From: Candidatus Latescibacterota bacterium
GTDB lineage: Bacteria > Latescibacterota > UBA2968 > SICM01
DNA: 64,000 nt
Direction of reading: 5' to 3'
Assembly (NCBI GenBank): GCA_965217865.1
Contig: CBDCJO010000002.1
Location: 1,024,001-1,088,000 of the forward strand
Position 1 is the first letter of the stretch; the number at the start of each line of letters is the position of its first letter. Below, piece after piece: positions 22,819-34,717 of this stretch. Position numbers and translations under genes: made by a program. A model generated the notes under the pieces. That model saw only the letters and a program-made list of their open reading frames with translations. It did no database searches and was not told the DNA's origin.

Positions 22819-24145
22819 GGATCTTCACGCAGAAGTATGGATAGATAGAAAAGCTCCACGAATTTTCAGGGCAAAGTAGTCGAAGTCTCTGAAGCCGAAG
22901 GCGATGCGCTTGATGACTTTGATCTTGTTGTTTATGCCCTCAACGATGCTTGTGTGGATGGGGTAGTCGCAGTGTGCCAGGATGCTTTCCTTGTGATATA
23001 GCAGCTTCCTGGTGAAGCGTATCAACGGCTTGATCCCGGAGTCAAGGGCTCTTGACACCAGGCGTCGAGCCATCTGGCTGCCCAGGCTTTGCGTTTGTAG
23101 ATCCAGACTCGTTTCAGGTCCTCTTTGAGGATGTAGACGGTGTTCAAACGTTGATTGATGGCCAGGAGATCGCGGAGTCGGGCTGGCTCATCGCGGTCGG
23201 TTAGCAAGTTCTTTCTGTTTTTGAGAAGTAGGTATTTGGTTCCTCGGATGATAGCCTTGTTGTCCTTGGAGGCTTTTCGACATTCATCGATCCGAACCCG
23301 ATCGATTACTTTCTGGGCATAGATCTGGAGCAGGTGGAAGGGATCATAGACCGTGGCAGCGTCAGGACAATGCTTGCGCTTCGCCTTGGCATAGCCGCGC
23401 CAAGCGTCCATCGCGATGGCCTGGATCCGGCTGCACTTTCCAGGGCCCAGCGCCTCGAAGAATGGATCCAGTGCTTCGGCGTTGCGGCCTTTGCCAACAT
23501 ATAGGACTTGTCCTGTTCCTGCATCAGCTACTGTAGTACCATAATCCTGGCCGCGTTTGACGGCGAACTCGTCAATGGCCAGCAGCGAGGCCTCAGTATC
23601 GCCTACGGCAGGCAAGTCGTCCTGTAAGGCCTTCTTGTCGATCTGTTTAACCACACTCCAGTGCAACCTGAACTGCTGGGCAATCGCTTTGATCGACCGG
23701 ATTTCTCTGCAGGCCAAAGCTACAACTCCAGCCAAGCGTTTGGTGTAACCAACACGAGGTTCCACCCAATCCAGATACTCAGTCCGAACGCCGCATGTCG
23801 CACAGCGTATCCGGCACTGGGAGAACTCGATCCAGACACGACCGAAGGGTCCGAAACTCAGATCCTTGACCGAACGTAGGCGGGAATCATAGCAAGATCG
23901 ATACGTCCGACCACAGGTGCAGCGGTACTCCTTTTCCCGTCGCGAGACCTCTATCCAAAGTGTCGAGAGATCCTCGCGGAACCTCAGCTTGATCACATAA
24001 AATCCTTGCAGACCAACCAGCCTGTCGATATAATCCTGTATAGCCATCGGGATTCTCCTTTCGTCAGGTTAGGTGCGTTACCCAACTGTAGGAGAAAACC
24101 GGTGGCTTTTCTACATTATTGATCCACTCTTAAGCGTGAAGAACC
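22819..24145 (-). mobile_element. ISL3-family element, transposase frameshifted near 23060
   Basis: Zn-finger, 'AIDEF','IAMDAW','YDPFH','VEGINNKIKVIKRIAFGFRD'. IRs GG(A/T)TCTTCACGC. 8-bp TSD AAAAAGTG at 22811-22818 and 24146-24153. Confidence 0.95.
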
Positions 24146-24339
24146 AAAAAGTGAGTAATGAGGAAGTGATTTCTCCGTCAATGGAGGAGATATCATAGAA
24201 AACCACTGTTTCACTTCATCCTAGCCACCAAACAGGTCCGGTCCGTTCTCATGTCAGACAATTTCGACTTTCATCTTCGCGGTATACGTCTTCGGTCGTT
24301 ACAGATAAGGATAAAGCACCAAGGCGGCGGATCGGATTC

Positions 24340-25230
24340 TTAGTGATCCGCCACGGGCACATACTCAAGCCTGATCTGGGGATATGCGTGCTGTAGCGCC
24401 TCCATGACTTTCAGCCAGGATCTCCCCCCCCACTGATTGGTCAGTGCGAAGGTCTGACCGTTTGAGACCATCAGACTACCCGGTTCCGTGTACCACCGCC
24501 GGTCGTCGTACGTCTTGCCCCGTGCCTCGAGTGCTGCTGCAGCGAGCGCGAGGAATTCGTCAACGTCTTCCGTTTCTTGTTCTATCACCAGGAATGTATT
24601 GCTACACCCAAGACGGAGAAAGAGGTCCTGAATATCACCGGGTGGGACGCCAGATGCGTGCAGCGTTTTTACCACCAACAAGATGGCGCGTCTTTTCCAC
24701 TGTCCCGGATGTTTTTCTCCGCCTACCGTTACATCGTACCGCGTAAAGTCAGGACCGTTCTTTCGAGCAGTCTGTTCCCGCCGTTTCTTTTCGCGGATTT
24801 GCACTTGGTAATCTACCGTCTCCGGCAAGGGGATCACCTGCTGGACATCGACGAGCGTGCGTCCGTCATAGTCATAGGGCTGAATCCGCACGTAGCGTAT
24901 ATCCAGACCCTTCTCATTAAGCCACAATACCGCCGTGGTCAGTTCTCGCGAGAAGCCTGCTGAGACCAGAACAATCCGAACGTCTTGTCCAAACCGCTCC
25001 TCGTCGAGTTCATCCCATTCGAGAAATTCCAGCAGCGCCTGTTCGGGATCAACCTCCCGATTGTAAGTGGCGAGGTACTGGCGGAAAATGTCCACGGCCC
25101 GTCCTATGGTTAGCGTGGACACCATTGCGGCATAGCGTACGGCCTGGAGTTCCATGTGCCCGCCATCCTCGGTACGCTTCAACTCCATCACGACCAGGTT
25201 GGCATCCTTATCTATACCCAACAGGTCGGA
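24340..25230 (-). pseudogene. NucS/DUF91-like PD-(D/E)XK endonuclease, 5'-truncated
   Basis: 'DLLGIDKDANLVVMELKRTEDGGHMELQAVRYAAMV'. C-terminal domain contains 'ALTNQWG'. Confidence 0.7.
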
Positions 25231-25239
25231 GCCGCGCCT

Positions 25240-25730
25240 CCTGTCCCACCCGTCCCACCGTGTCCTGCGCCGGTTTAGGCTTGGAAAAACCGGTCAACTC
25301 CGAAAATTCCGGCGCAGGACGGGCGGCGAGTTTGCCTGGATCCAAACCGATCGTCGCCAACGCCAGCGCTGTGGCATTGTACGCCGTAGAGTCGTAGCTG
25401 GAGTCAAGAGGTTCCGTGAAAGGGAAAAACCTTGTATCCGAACCGATCCAGTCCGCCAGCGCTACCAGCCCGGCAACCGCGTGATGGAATTGCGGCCTGT
25501 CGGACAATGGCGAGCCTCCGGATTCGAAAGCTCCGCCGAACCAGCGATGCAGAGCATCATCCATGACGCGCGCTTCCGCCCGCCAATCATAATGTGGCAG
25601 GACCGGCCAATCATTGAACGTCGGAGCCGACGGTCGCTCCACGGGCCGTCCATGATGCGCGATCATCGCCGCGAAGAGCGGGTCGACCGCCTTGCCCCAT
25701 CCCATGATCCACTGCATCGTCTCGTGGAAT
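25240..25730 (-). pseudogene. cas3: Type I-E Cas3 HD-domain fragment
   Basis: 'MIAHHGRP...AGLVALADWIGSD..FFPF...KPAQ'. Confidence 0.75.
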
Positions 25731-25752
25731 GGGTGATCCGGGCCGTTCTATT

Positions 25753-28455
25753 TCATTGAAGCACAAGGTATTGGTGACTCACGATAGTTCCCTTGTCACG
25801 AATACCATGGCTTTCACAGTGCGACACACACTCTGTGTAGATGTCCACCACCCGGAACCACCTTCTGGCGATGCGGGCGAGTTCCTTTGCCATATCGCAT
25901 TTCTTGCTCGCTCCGAGATGGAGCACGGCTACGCCGCCTGATTTGAGTCGTTCGCGAGACTGGCGCAGAATCGGATGGTAGACCTCAAAGCTTCTCTTCT
26001 GCCGCTCATCCACGAATGCCAGCGGGCGTTCCTGGAAGTCATTCGTTTCCCAACCGCAGAACCACAGACGCATCCAGTTGCTTAGATGGAAGCGCGTGCT
26101 GTCGAAAAACGGGGGTGAAGTGATCACAGCATCAAGCTCTTCGACATATTCGGGCCACCATTCGGTAGCGTCCTGGAACATTGAATAACCGTAGGCGAAG
26201 CCATCCGGCATAGCGGTGGACAAACTTCGTTCCAGCTTGCCTCGAAGCCGCGGGATCAAGGCACGGTAATGAGTATCTCCGGTCGGGGCGAAGGGCGTGA
26301 TTGGATGCGACCGTCGGCTCAGGGCGTAAGGTCGATTTCCGTGAAGGATGTGCAGCAGGCACGCAATGACAAGCGATTGCGATGCATTTACGGGAGGATT
26401 ATCGAGAAAATACCTACGGGCGAGAAGGATATCTTCAAGGGTACTCTTGTGAAAATAGGCAGTGAGGATCCCATTGAAACGGATAGACTGCGCCGACTTG
26501 ATCTCTCCCGGTCTGACTTTGTGGTCCCGCAAATACTGTTCGAGCTCCTCGACCACCTCTTCGCATTCCGAGGCGCTCGACCTCCCAATCTTTCCAGCGG
26601 TGATGTGCACGGCGGGAGGGCTTATGTCGAATCCCCAGCTCTCAACGCTGTGCAATGCAGCTTCGAAGGGTATCGTGCCGACACCTGAGAAGGGATCGAG
26701 CATCCGGTTACCTGGCGACGTGAATGTTCGAATCAGGTGCGCAGCCAGCGAGGGCTTCATCTTACCCTGATATGAACAAAGCGAATGGAGAGGATGGCCC
26801 CAATTGCGCTTCGCAAACTCGCCCTGTTGATGCGGTAATGTTTTCTTGAAGCTCGTCCAAGCGGCCGTCCACTCGTTTGTCCGTTTCGCTGCGCACCGCG
26901 TGTTTGGACGCATTTCGGGCTTCGACCTAAACACGAGAAGTTTCTGCGTCAGCTTCATCTGGCTGCGCGAATAGCGCTGGCGCAGTACGAGCTCGTCACT
27001 GAGTTCGAAGCCGGCTAAATCGAGTGACTCTACTATGAACCGATCCGTCGGAACGTGTACGCCCGCATATGCCGAATCACCTATGTCAATGACGATCGTA
27101 CCAGCCTTGTGCATGTGACCGCCCAACGCTTGTAGTATCGCGTACATCTCCGACGCGAAGCACGCGACCATGCGCGGAATCCGAGCATCGTAGGCGTTTT
27201 CCTCCAGGAGTTTCAGGACTGGTGCAGCGCCGGTCGGTAAATCCCCGATCGGCTTGCCGACGGTCACGTCATTGATCCCTACGGTCATCGAACCGAATCG
27301 GAACCGCGCTAGGTCATCTCGCTCATTCAGACATCGAAGGAACCACAGTTCAACCTTGGTATTTCTGAAATAATTGGTGCCGTTCAAATAGGGCGGGCTG
27401 GTGATGACAGCATCAACGGAAAGGTTGGGGATCAGACCCAAATTCTTCGCGTTCTCAAGTATCAGTGTAGGGAGCTGGTCGATCTGCGACAAGGATTCGA
27501 TATCGAAGGCAATCGTCCTTAACGCCGCGCACGTTTCCTCGCGTAGATCGACGCGTCCACGGGCCAATTCCGTATGCGTTTTGAACCGGACGTCGCCCCG
27601 ACGTATCAGCCGCGACGCCGGTATCAGCGAACGCAACACCGCAATCGTGAGAAACCGCGCGGTCACCGGTTTGGTGCATCCGATTTCATCAATCAGCGCC
27701 CGGCAGCGTAGAATGTCCTCGAGAACATCTCTGTCAAAAAACTCGCTTTCACCGAACGTCGCCTTGTAGGTATGCCGAAGTTGCACATCTTGACGGGATT
27801 CGTCGAGACGCGCATCTAACGTGTCCGCCAGCATCGAGAGGCCAGCTGCCAAGTCCTCACGATCCCGGTCGCGTAATTGCAGGGCGACCACTTTCGAGGC
27901 GATTAGGAACTGAAGGATCGGGTTGATTTCGCAGAAATATGCCTTTTTCCCGAGACGTGAGGCAGTGAGTGGCGTTGTGCCGGTACCCCCGAAAGGATCA
28001 AATACGCTCTTCGCAGTCGGGCAGTAACTTCCGATGACTGATTCGACGAAGGCCGGAGAGTAGCCCTCCAAATAAGGATACCAGTCGTGTAAAGGTTCAT
28101 GGCGGCCACCGCTAAAGGTAGCCTGAACCGGATCGAGCACAATTGGACTTTTGGCCTTCAGGCCGGGCAAATATGCGGTTGTAGAATGAGTGCTGGCTTC
28201 GAGATGCTGGCGGAGAATGGACAGGCAGAAGGCGTTGAGAGATTTCTCTTGCTTCTGGGCATGCTCCTGAAGCGTCACGAAACTGTGGTATCCGAGCGCG
28301 TTTCTGAGTGTTTCGCTGGAAAGATGCCGTACGGCCTCAAAGATGTGCCGGTCGCCCGCGCCGAATGCGATCGTGAGACTGGATCGTCCCGATGCCACTG
28401 GCGGGCAATCTTTGAAATAGACGTTCTTATACGATTGTCCCATCGCTCCCTGCAC
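25753..28455 (-). CDS. Tandem two-domain DNA amino-methyltransferase (likely N4-cytosine, alpha-type)
   Basis: Two modules: 'DPFGGTGTT...VITSPPYLN' and 'DPFSGVGTIP...VITSPPFFD'. RHH-like N-terminal segment. Confidence 0.88.
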   Translation of the reverse strand: MQGAMGQSYKNVYFKDCPPVASGRSSLTIAFGAGDRHIFEAVRHLSSETLRNALGYHSFVTLQEHAQKQEKSLNAFCLSILRQHLEASTHSTTAYLPGLKAKSPIVLDPVQATFSGGRHEPLHDWYPYLEGYSPAFVESVIGSYCPTAKSVFDPFGGTGTTPLTASRLGKKAYFCEINPILQFLIASKVVALQLRDRDREDLAAGLSMLADTLDARLDESRQDVQLRHTYKATFGESEFFDRDVLEDILRCRALIDEIGCTKPVTARFLTIAVLRSLIPASRLIRRGDVRFKTHTELARGRVDLREETCAALRTIAFDIESLSQIDQLPTLILENAKNLGLIPNLSVDAVITSPPYLNGTNYFRNTKVELWFLRCLNERDDLARFRFGSMTVGINDVTVGKPIGDLPTGAAPVLKLLEENAYDARIPRMVACFASEMYAILQALGGHMHKAGTIVIDIGDSAYAGVHVPTDRFIVESLDLAGFELSDELVLRQRYSRSQMKLTQKLLVFRSKPEMRPNTRCAAKRTNEWTAAWTSFKKTLPHQQGEFAKRNWGHPLHSLCSYQGKMKPSLAAHLIRTFTSPGNRMLDPFSGVGTIPFEAALHSVESWGFDISPPAVHITAGKIGRSSASECEEVVEELEQYLRDHKVRPGEIKSAQSIRFNGILTAYFHKSTLEDILLARRYFLDNPPVNASQSLVIACLLHILHGNRPYALSRRSHPITPFAPTGDTHYRALIPRLRGKLERSLSTAMPDGFAYGYSMFQDATEWWPEYVEELDAVITSPPFFDSTRFHLSNWMRLWFCGWETNDFQERPLAFVDERQKRSFEVYHPILRQSRERLKSGGVAVLHLGASKKCDMAKELARIARRWFRVVDIYTECVSHCESHGIRDKGTIVSHQYLVLQ

Positions 28456-28605
28456 GCTGCTGTAGCGTAGAAATAACTACCATAGTATGTTAGTTAGTGT
28501 CAAGAAGCGCTGGATGAGAGGGAGCAGGTCTGTGCAGCGACTGTCCCAAGGTCCACATAGGCACCGGCACTACTCCGTTGGCACCCGCTCGGAATGCGCG
28601 CCCTA

Positions 28606-30133
28606 GCAGCCTGTTGAAAAAGTGCGTTTATGCCAAGATGACTGTTGTCTTTCCTTGTGGTTTGGTCCTATGATATATCAGGTTCAAACTGAGAAGGGAG
28701 GACGAGCAAATGGCAATGGGAAAACGAGGACGACAGAGACAGGAAAACCTGTTCATCGCATCGAACACTTTGGTGAAATCTCCGGGTCATCCGTTCTACG
28801 AGAAGCTGAATCAGGTATTGGGGGCGAACGGCTTCGACGAGTTCGTCGAGGGGCTTTGCCAGCGGTATTACGCTCCTCATATGGGTCGCAAGGGCATTCC
28901 GCCCGGGGTTTATTTTCGGATGCTTTTGATTGGGTATTTCGAGGGACTTGATTCGGAACGTGGGATCGAATGGCGTGTATCTGACTCGCTGACGTTGCGC
29001 CGGTTTTTGGGGTATGCCCTTGACGAACAGACCCCGGATCATTCCAGCCTGTCTCGCATCCGGCATCGGCTTCCCTTGGAAGTTCACGAAGCGGTTTTCA
29101 AGTGGATCCTGAGGGTCTTGTGCAAAGCGGGTCTGGTGAAGGGGAAGACGTTGGGCGTGGATGCTACGACACTGGAGGCCAACGCCGCGATGCGCAGCAT
29201 TGTACGCCGTGACACGGGTGAAGGCTACCAGGCATTCCTTGAGAATCTGGCCAAGGCCTCGGGCATTGAAACGCCTACCCGCGAGGACTTGTCCAAGATC
29301 GATAAGAAGCGACCGAAGAAGGGATCGAACCAGGACTGGGAGCACCCGCACGACCCGGATGCCAAGATCGCTAAGATGAAGGACGGTCGCACGCACATGG
29401 CGCACAAGGTGGAGCACGCGGTGGATCTGGACACCAATGCCATTGTGGCAGTGGCGTTGTCGGGAGCAGATGAAGGAGATACCGAGTCGTTGCCCTGGAC
29501 GCTGCTCGAGGCGCAGCTCAATCTCAAGCAGGTCGCGAAGGACGAAAAAGCTGCCAAACGTTTGCACAGACAGCGTATACGGGAGGTGGTTGCGGACAAA
29601 GGATATCATAGCAACGATGTATTGACCAGTCTGAAGCAAGGCGGCATCCGGAGTTACATTTCAGAACCGGATCGGGGACGCCGCAAGTGGAACGGCCGAC
29701 GAGATGAGCAGGCCGCGGTATATGCGAATCGACGCCGGATCAAGGGAGATCGCGGCAAGGCCTTGCGCCGAAGTCGTGCAGAACGGGTGGAAAGAACCAT
29801 CGCTCACACATATGATACCGGTGGCATGCGCAGGTTGCACTTGAGAGACCGCGGCAATATCCTCAAGCGTTTGCTGATCCACATCGGGGGCTGCAACCTG
29901 GCTCTGCTCATGCGCAAAGTGATGGGCGTAGGTACTCCGAAGGCCCTCCAGGACCTGGCCAAGGCCTTGCAGCGTCTACTGCTCGTCCTACAATCACGTT
30001 TGCTGCCCTCGGTCACCTTTTTAACCTCTTATCAGCGTCTCCTGCTCAATCTCCTTACCTTGATTTATCTGACCCGCACTCCAGGCGTCTTTTCCGTTTA
30101 TGTGCGTTGAAAGGTAGTTCTTCAACGGGCTGA
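28606..30133 (+). mobile_element. IS1182/IS5-like element, copy 2 (transposase 28710-30110)
   Basis: Identical 466-aa protein and same IRs. Inserted in CTAG at the stop codon of the nuclease gene. Confidence 0.93.
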
Positions 30134-31383
30134 TAGGCGTTTTCGCCGACGGCTCGCAGCCATTCGGTGCGAGAAATTACATAGCTGGTGGCCATTCGCT
30201 TCTCGATTTTGAGGTTGGCTACCGGATTCTGGATCATCTGTAGACGGGGTGAATCGCTGCCCATGTGCTCGACGAGAGCCAAGACATAGTTGTCGGTGTG
30301 TTCACAGGCCGCATGATACTCGGTAGTGGTCAAGCTGACCGTGTCCAGTGCATGGAGGCTGCTTTTCACTTCGATCACCATCACCCGACTTTCCTTTCGC
30401 GCCCAGAGATCGAAGCCATAGCCGCGCCGATTGGTATAGAACGCGACCTCCCATCCTTGTGAACGGAGCACCTTCGCCACGAAGCTCTCCGCATCAGCAC
30501 CGTCGTTGCTGGCCGGTGCGGCGGGCGGCGTGAGCAGTTCCTCCAACTCAGGCGGTTCCGGCATACGCAATTGGGGAGCAGGGATACCTTCGGGTGCGGC
30601 AGGCGCGGCATGTTCTCCGACCCAGTCCGGAGTTAGCAGCAGGCGTGTCCCTTCGCGGACCACACTGGTACCGAGCGAGAAGAGCGAAAACGTATGCAGC
30701 CCGACATCACACCAGTTCGAATACGCCTTAGCCCCTGGTATACGGTTGCGGACTTCAGCATGCAGGGTGGTCTGTTCGTCCGGGGACAGTGCACGATACT
30801 CCGCGATTGCGGCGACAGCCCAGGAGACTTCGTTGCGCGCGCGTATCCGGGACACAAAGAAATCAAACTCGTTTCGGTCGATATAGCCGCCGCAACTCCG
30901 GAGTACCTGTTTCGTCACTTCATAGACACGCACATCGAATTCGTCATATTGTGCAACCCGGTTGGACGGCGACCACGGTTCGACAGCAAACCGCATCGCG
31001 GAGAGCGATTGTTCGAGCACTTCCGCCGGATCATCCGTATACGCAAGCACACGCCCGCGTTCGGTGAGCACTATGCGATCCCATCTGCGACCGTCCTCGC
31101 GCTGCAGGAGTTGTAATAGCTTGTCCATAACCAGAAGGTGATGACGCCTGAGCTGTACACCGGGATCATCATTGTCCGTTTCTATGATTGTCGCCAGTCT
31201 GTCGTAGTCGTGCTTAGTCAGACGAATGATACCGTGGCCTCCTCGGTTCTCCAGATATTCGGCAATACCCTTCAACCATGACAACGCGACGTGGACACGG
31301 GTGATTACAAACCAGCCACGGTCTCCGCGATCTCCCTTTTCGAGGCGATCCACCAGCCTCCGGCGAACCTGTTCCAGACTCAC
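30133..31383 (-). CDS. DUF3883/NOV-type PD-(D/E)XK endonuclease, probable restriction partner of the tandem MTase
   Basis: C-terminal 'AESFVAKVLRSQGW...GYGFDL...IEVKSS'. The original TAG stop is disrupted by the IS. Confidence 0.7.
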
Positions 31384-31584
31384 GCACAGCCTCCATTGAA
31401 TTCACACTGGAAGAGAAGGGTGACCATAGCAAACGTCAAGGGACATGCTCCCACAGAACCGAGGTGTAAGTGCCAGGGGCACTTCAGGGTGATATCACCA
31501 CGAAACTGCCATTGTAGGAGGGAATGGGACGCATTTCTAGTGACTTCGATGAAGGGAAGCGATTCGGACGTAACGCTTCAATGA

Positions 31585-32018
31585 CGGGTTGCGCCACCGC
31601 CTGCGTTGCTGCCGAGAAACTGCACCGCCAGTGGGTGGGTATAGACATATCAGAGAAGGCGGTCGATCTCGTCCAGGTCCGTATTCGGCAACTCGACCTG
31701 TTCAGCGACTTCACGCCTGTCAAGCGCTCCGACGTTCCCAAGCGAACGGACTTGGGCAAGCTTCCCCACTACCGCACTCACAAGCATATCCTTTTCGGCA
31801 AACAGGAAGGAATGTGCGGTGGTTGTCGTTCTTCGTTTCAATTCAGGAACTTCACGGTGGATCATATCGTACCCCAAAGCAAAGGAGGAACCAACCATCT
31901 GGACAACCTGCAACTGCTCTGCGGAGCCTGCAACAGTACCAAGGGCCCCAGGACCCAGGAATTTCTGATCTCCACGCTGAAGGCGGATGGTATACTACCC
32001 GCTTCCGTCAGACTTTGA
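31585..32018 (+). pseudogene. C-terminal fragment of DNA methyltransferase-HNH fusion
   Basis: 'GCATACVAAEKLHRQWVGIDIS' then 'CGGC...VDHIVPQSKGGTNHLDNLQLLCGACNSTK'. Confidence 0.8.
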
Positions 32019-32235
32019 CAATATAACCGTCCAGAGGTTACGCGCGTTTTTCAAATCATTATTCAAGGCAAGTGGAGCCAAATAAAGAAGGAAATTGAAC
32101 CATGTGATCACGTAACGTTTATTGTCAGGGTTTATTTGCGGGCATTGAATACCAAACCTGTGCAGCATTCCAGCAAGGTCAGAATCGACAATCACAATTC
32201 CGCCGAGCTTAACTGTGTCCTCAAGATCATGAACA

Positions 32236-32860
32236 TTAGGTGGAGAAACTCGATTGGATTACGACCGCGTTGAACGTTCTCGCGATAGAAGCACCATCTA
32301 ACCGGCAATTGTCTCTGGTTCCCCACTTTTGACTGTTGAAATAGTTTCGGGTCACTGAGGGCCATAGGATAACACCGCTCTTCTCAATTCCAGTGCCATT
32401 GAGTTCCTCCAGATGACTCACTTCGTCACAGATCACGAAACCGAAATCATACCCCTCAATTTGGACTGGATCTTTCCTTTCTGGCATCGTGAATCCGTAT
32501 CTTAACCAACCCTTCGACCAGACCTTTCTCCCCCCAGCGTAGAGAATTCCGCTGTCGGAACCGACCAGTACCATGGCATTCTGATATTCGCCATTTAGTC
32601 GAAATGGTGTACCGATAACCGCCTTCAGCCCAAGCTCTTGGGCGTCCGCCGCGAGTGTTTCCAGCCCTTCCTGAACTTTAGAATACCAACCCTCTTGTTG
32701 GAATAAACCATGTAGGTGGGAATCATACCCGACAACAGCCATCTCGGGGAATACTGCAAGGTGGGCCTGACTCTGCGCGGCAAGGGACAAGCAGTGCGAG
32801 ATGGTAGAGACGTTCGATGAAACGTCAGCAGCCATTGGGATTTGGAAGGTGCAACGTGGC
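32236..32860 (-). pseudogene. Carbon-nitrogen hydrolase (nitrilase-fold) fragment
   Basis: 'LAVFPEM..GY','YQNAMV','GFVICDE'. Confidence 0.7.
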
Positions 32861-33305
32861 ACCTTCAACGTAGCCCCTGAAGCTGCAAGTTCTGCAGTCG
32901 CTTGGATGATCATCTTTACGGTGTTCGACTTCCCCGTGCGCGTCATTCCGAAAAGCGCCGTGCGCTTCCCCAGGTAGTCGAGGGCCGACACATACAGCGG
33001 CACAGAAGCGGCCTGAGCGTGGCGTCGGCTCGACGCGTAGCGAACTTCGCCGATCCGCAAATCTCCGGGCCCACCAGGAAGTACGTCCCCTTCACGGAAG
33101 TTGACGATGTACTCCAATACGCTGCCCGAGGGCTTATAGACTGAGTAGTTGTTCGGACCGTATAAATTGTTGACATCCGCCCCGAAGCGTGTCCCGCCTT
33201 GCGCATCCCGATAGAACGACCCGAGCACTCTGCACTCTAGCGTCCGCGACATCCTTGAAGACATCGATTGTCGCCAGTTTCCTAAGCCTCTCGTTGATCG
33301 ACATC
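32861..33305 (-). pseudogene. HerA/FtsK-family defence ATPase fragment (internally deleted), fused in frame to the nitrilase fragment
   Basis: 'LECRVLGSFY...FGADV','DYLGKRTALFGMTRTGKSNTVK'. Confidence 0.75.
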
Positions 33306-33638
33306 ACTGCTACACTCCTTCCGCCCACTCGATTAGCCGGCTCCCATCGAATCGGGCCGAGCGCAGGCAGCTGTGTGAGCTGGTGTCCATCGCGGGATAA
33401 GATGAGGATTCGGTCCGTCTTCGTCGCTTGTCCACGGCCTTGCTTCCAGATTCGGCTGACCTTGTGCTGAGTCGGAAGTCGGTCGGCAACGATGCCATGA
33501 AGGTGCTAACCAAGTGGTCGCGCAACGTCCTCCCATACCTGCGTAGCGAGGTTTGTAGTGTTTCCTGTGCCGCGCTCGCAGACGTCGCCAATCATCAAGC
33601 ACAGATACCCGTCGAGGTCCCACTGGGTTTCGGATTCT

Positions 33639-33869
33639 CTAATCGTCTCTCTCGTCCTGAGTCGTCTTGCCCGATGGGCTTTTTTCAGGCTCATCTCCGC
33701 TGCTGTTTTGCACCCACTCGTCCACCTCCGAGAGCCTGAATCGCAGCAACCGTCCCACGCGGTGTGCGGGAAGGCCCTTCGAGTCGACCCAACGGTAGGC
33801 GGTATCTCTGGCTACCTGCAGGTGGGCAGCGACTTCACCGATACCGACCCAGCCTTCTTCAACTGCCAT
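33639..33869 (-). CDS. Excisionase-like HTH_17 DNA-binding protein
   Basis: 'WVGIGEVAAHLQVARDTAYRWVDSKGLPAHRVGRLLRFRLSEVDEWV'. Confidence 0.88.
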   Translation of the reverse strand: MAVEEGWVGIGEVAAHLQVARDTAYRWVDSKGLPAHRVGRLLRFRLSEVDEWVQNSSGDEPEKSPSGKTTQDERDD

Positions 33870-34339
33870 CTTTGACAGACCTCGCTTCAGGAAGAAACCA
33901 AAGAAACTCGACTACAATATATGAAACTCAGGCATTCCTCGTCAATGTATTTCCGGATTTTGGGGTACTGGAGCATCTGTCATCGGAAACCGTGATTAAC
34001 AAACCAGAAGATCAACGTCCTGGACTTTGGACTCAATTAACGATGCTCACTCGGAAACACAGACGCTTTTCTGATGCAAAATGGGCTTTGAGCGGCGAGA
34101 TCGTTTCTAGGATTGAGAGTATTACCGACAAGCTTGCTCCTCAAAATCCATTGGCCCGTCACCGCATGTTGTTCAGTGGGCATGGTCGTTATCTCTATGA
34201 GGAAATGGGAGATTTGCAAGAGCAGAAGCTTGAAGAGCAACGCCGGCAAGCAATAGAAAAAATTCTGGACGATGGCGCTATGGATGCGATCATACAGTTT
34301 GTCAAAGATGTTGAGCAACCTAGCTGTGTAGGACATTCG

Positions 34340-34717
34340 CTGACGGTTGGTGAACTGCGGGAGAAGTACATCAAGGTCTTCGGGGAGGAGACCCGCTCGT
34401 ACCACAAGGCGTTCCTGCGCAAGCGTATCGCCTGGCGTCTGCAGGCCCTGGCCGAGGGCGGCCTCTCGGAGCGGGCCCGGCGGCGCGCCGGGGAACTGGC
34501 CAACGATGCGGACCTGAGACTGCGCGCCCCGCGGGATCAGAGCAGGCCGGGCTCGGCGGCGGAGCAGGCGCGGACGACGGCCGGTCGTCTGTCGCCCTCG
34601 CGGGACCGGCGGCTGCCCCTGCCGGGGACGCTTCTGGTACGCACCTTCCAGGGCCGCGACCTGGTGGTGCAGGTGCTCGATGACGGCTTCGCGTTCGAGG
34701 GACGCCGCTACCGGTAG
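34340..34717 (+). pseudogene. DUF2924-family fragment (usually beside serine recombinases)
   Basis: 'LTVGELREKY..VFGE...FLRKRIAWRLQALAEGGLS...PLPGTLLVR...GFAFEGRRYR'. Confidence 0.75.

Noticed and set aside
32236-33264. Novel HerA-nitrilase fusion enzyme
   Set aside because: HerA stops just after Walker A and the composition changes at the junction, so this is a fragment chimera.
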